A stretch of DNA of 63,327 nucleotides, the filler included, from Dimorphilus gyrociliatus (lineage: Eukaryota; Animalia; Annelida), in NCBI GenBank assembly GCA_904063045.1. It is 4 parts of 4 records of this genome, joined end to end, with 100 filler letters (N's around TTAATTAATTAA, not from the genome) between each part and the next. Parts side by side here need not be neighbours in the genome. Positions count along the whole stretch, not along the records: positions 1 to 14,652 come from CAJFCJ010000093.1; 3 more parts are not named here. One strand, given 5' to 3'. The position numbers and the translations under genes were made by a program. Shown in pieces: positions 1 through 9,214 of this stretch; position 1 is the stretch's first letter, and every line of letters begins with the position of its first letter. The notes beneath the pieces are model-generated. The model made no database searches. It worked only from the letters and a program-made list of their open reading frames with translations, and was not told the DNA's origin.

Positions 1-1953
1 TGATGAATATCAAGAACTGTTAGACTCTGTTGTATGAAACAAAATTTAATCAAGCATAGGATATTTTATGGATTGCCAAAGATTCACAAAGAAAGAGATG
101 AATGGCTTATAAATGGAAAAATACCTAAAGGTAGACCTGTTGTAAGCAACTTGAGAACTGAATCCTATGAAATATCAAGATTTCTATCACACTACTTGAA
201 ACCAATTAGTACATTACATGCTTCCTATATTGACAACTCTCAAAATTTTTTAAATCAACTAAGTAGAATTAACATTCCCTCTGATGCTCTTCTTATAACA
301 CTTGATGTTAAAAATATGTACACAAATATTGATACATATACTGGTCTGAAAGCTGTCAAATACTTTTTCAAAAGTACCCTTCAAACAATAGACCTGATGA
401 CTTTCTAATAGAACTTCTCCAGTATAATTTGCACAAGAATCATTTTAAATTTTTAAACAAAATATTTCTTCAAAAATTTGGATGTGCTATGGGTCAGAGT
501 TATGCTCCAGCATATGCTAATTTATGGATGGCTTGGATTGAAGAAGTTTTTCTTTTTAATATAAAACCAAAGCCATTTTTCTATAAAAGATATTTAGATG
601 ATATCTTTCTGATTTGGACTGAAGGAGTTGAAAAATTTGTTAATTATCTTAGAAAAGCCAACAGTATTTTAAAGAATCTGAAATTCAAGGAAAAAATTAG
701 CTCAACTTCATCAACTTTCTTGATTTGGTTCTCTTTAAAGGAACAAGATTTCTGTCTTCCAATCATTTGGATCATATAACATACTTCAAAAAATGTGAAA
801 CATTTCACCAGTTACATCGAAATTCTCTTCATCCAAAGCACACTTTTAAAGGATTGTTGAAAGCTCAATTTCAAAGACTTTTTAAAAATAGTTCCTCCAA
901 TGTTATTTTTATCTAACCTGTCAAACTGTTATCCATCCACTCTTACAGCAAGGCTATCACCTAAAAGAAATAAGAAAAGCAATAAAATCTGTACTGCCAG
1001 AGAGAATTAAAAGAAATATGTGAAAAAAACAATGACATACCTGTGAAGATGAAAATCTTTTTCAACATCTCAAGCAAAATATATCATCCTCTTAAATTAC
1101 AATTCCTTTATAGAAATGGTTATATTAATTTTTTGGCTGAAAAACCCAGATTTACCTCCTTCAATGTAAAGAGTGTGGACAGTTAATGTTTTTTTCCATT
1201 TTCCAAAAGTACACAGATGTGAATATTTTTGAAACACTTGATTATTTACTGTCAAGACAGTACTTGAAAATTAAAAATGATGAACTAGTGGAGAATTTTA
1301 TTGAACATGGTCATTTTAATGAAAATCAACAAAATATTACAATATTTCCATATGAACAAATACAAAAAGAAATGTCTCCAATTGAAGTCTGTAAACATGT
1401 TTATATATTAAATACAAAATATATCATGTTTCATCCTTTTGGTTTGGCAAAATTCACTTCTTGCCAAAATTCAACAAAATTACCATTCATTATACCTTTT
1501 GGAAACCAACTACAGCCATTGATTAAAAAAATTCATAAATGTTATTGTAAATTTAGAATAGAAAATCCCACTTTGAAAAACCTTCATTTGATATTTGCTT
1601 ATACCAACAACACAAATATATATGTAAAACTAATAAATACTAATACAAGCTATCAACAGCAACAAATTGAATCCACTTCTTTTGCTTGCTCCAAGAACAA
1701 TAGCTCACATGATACAAGTACTGAAACATCTTTATTAGAAAAAGCCAAATTGCCAACAATCAAGAACTTCTACAAGAGGACAACTTGTCAAAAAGAACCT
1801 TCTTGCATTCCAGATAAGAAGCCAAAATTGGATGAAACAATCACCAGAAAGTTTAAATCCAATGAGCACAATGAAGGGAGTTGTGGAAAAACAAGTGATC
1901 CACCTGTAATTAAAAGAACTGGAAGAAGAATTAAGAAGATAGCAAAAAATTAA
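1..1953 (+). pseudogene. PLE reverse transcriptase ORF1, frameshifted (RT core, thumb, probable degenerate GIY-YIG, linker, basic tail)
   Basis: FYGLPKIHK...GRPVVS, LITLDVKNMYTNI, GCAMGQSYAPAYANLWM, YKRYLDDIFLIW, HRNSLHPKHTFKGLLKAQFQR and LLQQGYHLKEIRKAI are spread over ORFs 34-408, 429-779, 725-916 and 1186-1953. Frame changes occur mostly at or next to homopolymer runs. Confidence 0.9.
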
Positions 1954-2169
1954 ACAAAAACTTAATATTAGTTTCTTGTAGAACATAGAATTTGTTAAAG
2001 TTACCTTATGGTAAATTGTAGAAATAGTTAAAACATTTTGTAAAAGTTGTAGGCAGTATGTGTAGAACTTCCACAAAGTATACATTTATCCCAATATATA
2101 TATAGAACACATTTTTGAAAAAATACATTTCATTAACCAGTTTGCTTCATTTAAAATAGGTTTATACCA

Positions 2170-3237
2170 ATGGCTTCAAGTAATCCAATTAATACAAATA
2201 CTAAAGTGATCATTGAAAACTCAAAAAATGTGATTGCAAATAACATCAATGTTGATCATTTTCTTCCTTCTTCATTTCAAGACTTTTTCAACTTTCAATT
2301 GTATTACAATTGCATAAAAAAGTATATGAGAAATAAAGCCATCCAACCTCCACTATACAATGAGAAGGAACATGAAAAAGCTCTTCTTACCAAAATGTCA
2401 CAATTCAAAGAATTTTGTAACAAGGAATTATGGCTAGTTGAACATAATGAACAGAAAAGATTTATTAACACAGAACATCTTGTTAACTTAATCTATGAGC
2501 ATCTGAACAAAACAGACAACACTGTCAAACTTGAAAATTCTTTCAAATTAAACAGGAAAACAATTGACATCAGAGAAAATATTATACAGCAACTCCACAG
2601 AATTGGAATAAATTTGAGTGAAGATGAAGCTATAAATTCTTTTAAAATACAACAACCAGCAATCAACTTTCCAGATGTCTTGGATTTGCTAATCTTAAGT
2701 GATCATAGTTTGGGAGATGTTGATTTGAATAATGTTAGACTTGTTCAGAACAACATCAGATTTCAAGGAAATATAATCATTTTGAATATTAAAGAATTGT
2801 CATTTGCCAACTGTAAAGAAATACTTTTAAACTGGAAGTTAAAAGCAAAGGTAGTTTGTTTAAATGTTCCATTTCAAGAAGAACATGACACTGATAAACA
2901 CTTCTACCTGATATCAGAAAATAACTCAATAACAAAACATATCATGTTGGTTCAAAAATATCAGCTTCAGAAATCTCCAATCAACAACACATTCCAACAT
3001 ATCCTTCAGAAAATGTTTACAAATATTATCAATGTTAACCAAATGATAAAAGGAGACCCATTCCATGCAAGAATACCTCCAACTAAATTATCACCTTTAA
3101 GGAATGCTGTTCAACAACTAATTATGAATGAAATTATCGTACAGGCTCAAACCATTCTCAACCAACAAAACATCCAAAGAACTGGAAGGAAAAGAAAAAG
3201 ACTACAAGCCAATCAAAACAACAATCTTCAATCATAG
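2170..3237 (+). CDS. 355-aa ORF2 of the PLE; C-terminal half resembles an SGNH/GDSL esterase fold
   Basis: Intact ORF. Block pattern LLILSDHS / NIIILNI / AKVVCLNVP / NIINVN / GDPFH (DxxH) / final helix follows SGNH block spacing. Basic C-terminus RTGRKRKR. Confidence 0.6.
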   Translation: MASSNPINTNTKVIIENSKNVIANNINVDHFLPSSFQDFFNFQLYYNCIKKYMRNKAIQPPLYNEKEHEKALLTKMSQFKEFCNKELWLVEHNEQKRFINTEHLVNLIYEHLNKTDNTVKLENSFKLNRKTIDIRENIIQQLHRIGINLSEDEAINSFKIQQPAINFPDVLDLLILSDHSLGDVDLNNVRLVQNNIRFQGNIIILNIKELSFANCKEILLNWKLKAKVVCLNVPFQEEHDTDKHFYLISENNSITKHIMLVQKYQLQKSPINNTFQHILQKMFTNIINVNQMIKGDPFHARIPPTKLSPLRNAVQQLIMNEIIVQAQTILNQQNIQRTGRKRKRLQANQNNNLQS

Positions 3238-3471
3238 GACTCTAATAATTTTAAAAAATCATAGAACAATCAAAGTAAGTAAAAACTCTCATAGTCTAAC
3301 AATGCTAACAATACCAATACTCAGTTACCACTTAGAATTAAAATAAAAAATAATATTGAGCAAAACCTGTAAAAGTAAAAATAAATACAAAAAAAAATAA
3401 AATTGCTGGGAGTTGATACAATTCTAGAATTGATCTCTCCTCCCCTTGATTAGTATTCAAAACAATCAGAA

Positions 3472-3521
3472 TGACCCTGATGAGTCTTTGCTAAAGGGGA
3501 AGATGAAACCATGGTAGGTCA
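3472..3521 (+). ncRNA. Minimal type I hammerhead ribozyme (PLE pseudo-LTR type)
   Basis: Stem I TGACC (3472-76)/GGTCA (3517-21); core CTGATGA (3477-83); stem II GTCTT/AAGAT; GAAA (3505-08); palindromic stem III ACCATGGT (3508-15); GUA cleavage triplet, cut after 3516. Confidence 0.88.
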
Positions 3522-3701
3522 GTTACTCAAAAAATATTTTTCAAAAAATTTTTTACATCATGAACCAGGATATTGTTTTCTCTGTCAAACCTGTGCAGGA
3601 GGTCCACACTCTTGCATTCCATTTGGAACTCCTGAAAATTGGTGGAAGCTACCAACTTTTACCAGGACTTAGATCATAGTGTCAAGTTCAACTTTTATTA
3701 A

Positions 3702-3795
3702 AACCCTAACCCTAACCTAACCCTAACCAGTTCCCAAAAACATTACCAGAGTTGTGTGAGTGGCCTAACCCATAACCCTTACCAAACCCTAACCC
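3702..3795 (+). repeat. Telomere-like (CCCTAA)n stretches
   Basis: aaccctaaccctaacctaaccctaacc at 3702-3728 and degenerate cctaacccataacccttaccaaaccctaaccc at 3764-3795. Confidence 0.75.
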
Positions 3796-4530
3796 GGGAT
3801 GGAGAAAAGATTAGACTCTGTTGTGAACCTTTGCTGAAAAGACACCAAATGAAACAATAATAATGGTTTGTTATCTTATCTCAATTTTTGTATCTCAAAT
3901 GAGCATTGACACTTATGCATTTTCACAATGCAATCATTATCTAAAGCTATATTATCGGAAAGTTCCTCAACAAAAATTTGATTAAGTTCAGTGAGGAAAA
4001 GCAACAACGCTGGCCAATAAGAGTTGAGTAAAATTCTTGGAGCAAAATTATGACAAAATACTTAAAGTTACAGTTAGAAAATCGTAAAAAATCATACAAA
4101 GACTTACAGATTTTTGCTGTATTAATTGATTTTCACTTAAACAGACTTTTCTAAAATATAAATACTGTTAAAGTAAGAGTTTCTTGACTGAGAGACTGAT
4201 ATTGAAAATATCGTTATTCTTATCTTTCATCATCGTAATCAACATTTAACAAGTTGAATCTGAACAATCATAATTACGAATCCTATTTGAATATTTCTAT
4301 TTTGGCAATGGTGTTCATAAGACCAATATGACCTTGAACAAGTGTACTTTTCCACGATGTATTATATTTAATCTCATTTATATAGCCCTTGTTAAAACTA
4401 GAAACTACAATGGAATTATTGAATATACTGTAACTATAACCGTGTCACATGACCCTATCACAAATGTACCAATTTATTAATAATATTTGTGCGAATCAAC
4501 ATAATTGTGAATATATTAAGATTGGAAATT

Positions 4531-5672
4531 TTATATGCATACATTAACAAGTTTATCCTTAGAAGTGATTTCAATCTCGCAAATATTACAATAATTTGAT
4601 AAACAATTAACAATTATTTTGTTGAACTGTTGACCGAAACATTCAAATTTGCACAAGTTATCTTCCCCACTCTTAAGGTTACACAATACGGATTTATTGT
4701 TTGGATTATTTGTTACTGCAATATTCCAGCATTTATCGTTGTCCAATTTCGAGATTGCCACCTCGAAAGAATCATTAACAGCTTGTAAGATTGTATAGAT
4801 AATTTGACCGTTTAGCGGAATCTTTATCACTTCCGGTGGACACTCTAAAATTCCATCTCCAAGTGACGTAATCTGATTTCGAGAGCAAATATTCTTAGTT
4901 GAAACATGAATCATAGCTGTTCGTTTGTTTGTTTGTTTATAGATTATTCAATTATTATCGCCATACTCACTTAAACATTGAGGTTTTAGAAGATTATTTG
5001 CTGGTGGTTGGTAAAATAACGCACTGACAGCTGCAACTGATGAAAGGAGGCCGCAATCAGCCCCATTTTGGTTGATTGATTGGCAATTGGTAGTTTTGAA
5101 GCATTCTTCCCTGCACTTTTCTACCGTTACACCTTGCAAATCAGAGAGAACGCAAGGATCGCAACTATTGACAATTTTATTTGCTGTATCAATCCAATTT
5201 TCGCAGTCTTTAAACAATCAAAAAGCTTGTTTATGGTTAGACAACAACAACAAGAACAATGATAGATGGTTAATACTTATACCTGGATTAGTTATTTTAG
5301 TATAGAATAGGCTGTTATCTTGAGTTAATAGACCACCTTGGTAGGAACCATATGTCTTTGTTGTACAATCTTTACTTGCCTTATTATAGTGAAAACTTGT
5401 GCAATGATCAGAGTTTCTACACAGTTCCATACATTGTGCTAAATCCGAATTTGTATTTACTGCTGCACCATACAAATTTTCCAAAGCAGTATTCGCACGT
5501 CCAACGAATTCATTACAAACTGCAATAAACAAACAAAAATATTTATATAATTATTTACAGTATATATACTGTATATAGAATTTTTACGTGATTTTTCAAC
5601 ATATATCCGATTCAAAGTCACCAGACTAGGCAATGCCAAGAAAAGATAGAAAGTCTGAAATAGTCTTATCAT
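4531..5672 (-). CDS. Secreted protein, 4 exons: signal peptide, two PAN/Apple domains, C-terminal Cys-rich domain
   Basis: Hydrophobic N-terminus MIRLFQTFYLFLALPSLV. PAN patterns QCMELCRNSDHCTSFHYNKASKDC and KCREECFKTTNCQSINQNGADC. Phase-compatible GT-AG introns at about 5569-5520, 5282-5208 and 4970-4917 (first donor uncertain). Confidence 0.8.
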
Positions 5673-5989
5673 TTCTGTTTTATTTGAAACAACTGCACTG
5701 TATAGATTATTATTATTAGTATTATTATTAGTATTAATGTTATATTATACATTCTATTATATTGCCTTATGTAATATGCAAACTATCTACTGACCAGTTG
5801 AATGAAATGCACTGAATATCAGAATTCCATTGTTATTTCATAAATATAGGTTGAATGAAAAAAATTCAAAACAAAAAAACCCTTTTCTTTAACTGACTGC
5901 TTGCAGTACTCAAATGTTTGTCATTTAGTTAATGATTTATGTAATAGAAATGAATGGAAGCTTTTATCTTACGTGTCCTTAAAGTATGT

Positions 5990-6810
5990 CATTATATACG
6001 CTGATATCTCTACATCGATAATAAATCTTTTTACAGAACTCAATTCTCTCTTACAGTTAAAAAGTTATGGCACCATAAACTTTTCACTATTAAATATCAT
6101 CTATGCAGTTCATACAAAACATTCGTCATACAAAAAATAACTCTGTTATTATAAGATGTAGAACTTTCAAACTTGGTATAAAAATTATAATTGGTACACT
6201 GATCACAAATCTTTTTACAGAATTCAATTATCTCTTATAGTTCAAGAGCTATGGCGTTGTAAAGTTTGGTTAATATTTTGGCATAAAAACTTATACAATA
6301 AATATTCGTCATGTAAAAACTAACTTTGTTATTAATAAATGTAGGAATTTGAAAATCAATATATAGCTCAATTTTGTTATGCCGATGTCAAATCTTTTTA
6401 CAGAATTCAATTATCTTTTACCAGTCAAGAGTTATGGCACCGTAAAGTTTTGTCAGTATTTTGTCATTCAAGCCTATATAAGAAATATTCATCATGTAAA
6501 AACTAAGTTTGTTATTTGTAAACGTAGGAATTTGAAAATCGAGATATAGCTCAATATCGTTACACCGATGTCAAATCTTTTTACAGAATTCAATTATCTT
6601 TTGTGGTTCATGAGTTATGGAGCTGTAAAGTTTGGTCTATATTTTGGCTTCTAAGCCAATACAAAACATTCGTCATACAAAAATTAACTTTGTTATTAAT
6701 TAAGATAGAGTTTGGAAATTTTGTATATAGACTAATTTACACCTGACAATCCTAAATCTTTTTACAGAATTTAATTATCTTTTATCATTTTTGAGATATT
6801 TGGCATTAAA
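5990..6810 (+). repeat. Tandem satellite, about 183-bp unit, 5 copies
   Basis: The core aaatctttttacagaa(c/t)tcaattatct recurs at about 6025, 6207, 6390, 6573 and 6755. Confidence 0.85.
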
Positions 6811-7424
6811 GTTTTGTATAATTTTAAAGCCATAGAAAAACATTTTTTTTAGATTTTAATCTGTTACATCTTTTGAAGAGATATTTGTTTTTTATCACAA
6901 TTCATATATGTTTTTTTTTCAATTTAAAAAAAACAAAATGTACATTTATTTTTTAATTTTTTAGCACAACATGTAAGTTCACTTTTTTATTGGCACATTG
7001 ATATTTTCAAGTCACACAGGTATATTTGTTTCAAGTAAAACATTGTATAAACAAAAAAATTTTACAACACATATCACAGGACATTTTCTTTGAAGATATT
7101 TTTTGAGCATTGTGGTAGAGAGGGATAATCCTTGTAGATAGCCAAGTCCAAAGGGGTACAGATATCTTTTCAGTCCATCCAGCAGTCTTGCCTTTCAAAT
7201 TCTAATATAGCTTCCATTTATGAAAAATAAAATTAAGTTAAATATTTTCTTTCATATTAACTTTTAACAATAATACTTGACCTTTTTTTCAGAGATTTTT
7301 TTTGCCAAAAGATACTTAGCATAACCAGTTTATTTATCAACCACAACTCCTCATTTTGAAAAAAAATATAATCTATTTAAAATATTACACAACCTACAAT
7401 CCTAACAGTTCTTAATTTTAATTT

Positions 7425-8260
7425 TTTGCAACATAGAATAGTCTCCTCATACAAGATTAAAATCCCTGTTGCTGTATTTTAAGTTAAATACCTAGAGAAA
7501 TAGTGCAATTAGAGTAATCATCTCAAAAAAAGATTAAGACCCCACTTGCAAGAACACTTTAAAATAATTCCTAAACTTACAAATATTTAAAATTATTTAA
7601 AAAACCTAGTTACTTTAACTCCTAAGTTAAAATTAAATTATAAAACCAAAATTTAAATTTAATCTAATACCAAAACCTAAAAACCAGAAAAATTTGCAAT
7701 CAGAGTAGTTACCTCAGAATAAGATTACTACCCAGTTTGCACCCTACAACCTTACAATACAATTTTTGCTATAATACCTAAACCATAAACTTAAAATTAA
7801 TTTGTTTTAATTAAAAAACCCTTTGATCAACATGGAATAGTTTTCCCATACAGGATCAAAATTCATGTTGTCATACCTAAACCTTAAATATATTTTTTAA
7901 CAATTAAACCTTTTTAAAATTTATAAATCAGCCTAAATACAAAAGCCTAATATACCAGAAAAACATTGCAAAAAGAGTAGTCACCCCAAAAAAGGATTAA
8001 AACCCAGTTTGCTAACAACCTTATATAGCCTAATTTAAAAGAAATTGAAGAAATTTTTCATTAAAACTCAAAAATGTCAGAAAACCTTACACAGCCTAAC
8101 CTAACCTAAAACCAAAAGAAATTGCATTGAGAGTAATCACCTCAAAAAAAGATTAGGACTCAACAAGGCAGGAAATCCTACGAACCCTATCCTAAGGAAC
8201 TCTTAAAAAATTAGCATTAGGAGTGGTTACCTCAAAAAAAGATTACAACTCAAAATGCTA
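7425..8260. repeat. Irregular array of about 7 copies of a ~45-bp imperfect hairpin motif
   Basis: The motif gca..agagtarty-acctcaaaaaaagatta..acyc occurs at about 7511, 7702, 7974, 8130 and 8220, with more divergent copies at about 7430 and 7830. Confidence 0.7.
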
Positions 8261-9171
8261 GAAATCCTACTTAAATCATTTGTTAAAATTGTATAATCTG
8301 ATAAAATATCATGGAAAGGTTTTGTTTTTTTAAGGAAGTTCTGTTGAGTTTTTTGTGAAAAATCAGGATCATTGAAAGTATTGATTGTTCTTTGAATAAT
8401 TAACATATTTTGAAATTTATATTTCCTTTCATTCTTTCTTTGCAACTCATTAAAAAAAAAATCCTGTCTACTTACAGCATCATCATTCTGGACATCCTCA
8501 TCCAACTGCATCATTTCTCCAACTTCCAAATTCTCTCCAAGACCCATCTGATTGTAGATTTCCATATGCATTTCCTCAATATTTTCACAATTTGTAGATG
8601 GTAACTCAGATTCTAATCCAGTTGTTGGTGGTGCAGGTTCAATTCCAGTTGATTGTGGTGCAGATTCCAATCCAGTTGTTGGTTGTGCAGATTCAATTTC
8701 TGTTGTAAGTGGTTCCAATTCTGACTGCAGTGCTGATATAGCCATTTCTTGTTCTTGAAAATATTCTTCTCCTGATTCAAATAGTTGTGGTGTAACAGTT
8801 TCAATTCCAGATTGTTGTCTATGTTGAATAATCGTTGTTTCTTCTGAGAATCTTCTTGCAGTACTAGCAGTTGGCTGTGCAGGTACAATGATGTCTGTGT
8901 TTTCTGCTGGAGTTGTTGTTTCATTTTCCAATTCATTTTCAGTTGCAGATGATTGAGGGATAGGGTTGGTTGTTGTTGCTGTTGTTTCTTTAGTTGGAGT
9001 TGGAGCATGGCAGTCATTATAGAACTTAAGTAACTTTTTTTTCCAGTTGCTGAATACTTTATCACTTCTTTCTCCAATGATTTCCAAATTTTTTTTATTT
9101 ATATTTAACACTTTCTTTTCATAAAAGTCTAAAATATTTTTAAAAGCATCTTCCTCTTTAACTGTTTTCAT
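8227..9171 (-). CDS. Orphan 314-aa ORF, E/T/P-rich centre with three 10-aa repeats
   Basis: Long ORF in AT-rich DNA. ESAQPTTGL/ESAPQSTGI/EPAPPTTGL repeats (30-bp units at about 8610-8700). No recognised domain. Confidence 0.5.
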   Translation of the reverse strand: MKTVKEEDAFKNILDFYEKKVLNINKKNLEIIGERSDKVFSNWKKKLLKFYNDCHAPTPTKETTATTTNPIPQSSATENELENETTTPAENTDIIVPAQPTASTARRFSEETTIIQHRQQSGIETVTPQLFESGEEYFQEQEMAISALQSELEPLTTEIESAQPTTGLESAPQSTGIEPAPPTTGLESELPSTNCENIEEMHMEIYNQMGLGENLEVGEMMQLDEDVQNDDAVSRQDFFFNELQRKNERKYKFQNMLIIQRTINTFNDPDFSQKTQQNFLKKTKPFHDILSDYTILTNDLSRISSILSCNLFLR

Positions 9172-9214
9172 TAAATCTTTTAAGAATCTATAATTTTTTA
9201 AGTCTAGCTGTTTT

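Larger units (their letters stand above)
1..3795 (+). mobile_element. Multi-ORF Penelope-like retroelement (Terminon/Athena-like architecture), 5' part outside the window
   Basis: PLE-type RT motifs, a second co-oriented ORF, a minimal hammerhead ribozyme at 3472-3521 and CCCTAA repeats at 3702-3795, all on the + strand. Boundaries are approximate. Confidence 0.8.

Noticed and set aside
20-33. 14-nt direct repeat TTAGACTCTGTTGT at 20-33 and 3811-3824, resembling a TSD around the PLE
   Set aside because: Bases 2-33 read DEYQELLDSVV, which looks like RT coding sequence rather than target DNA. A 14-mer match can arise by chance in an AT-rich 63-kb window. Not excluded, but unsupported.
5034-5050. 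Other CTGATGA cores (5037, 18989, 27533, 35994) as hammerheads
   Set aside because: No flanking stems or correctly placed GAAA/UH; they lie in coding sequence.
7425-8260. CRISPR-like repeat-spacer appearance (also the 183-bp array and ~36-bp x3 repeats at 16555-16665)
   Set aside because: Eukaryotic context, degenerate repeats, very unequal spacers and no cas genes.
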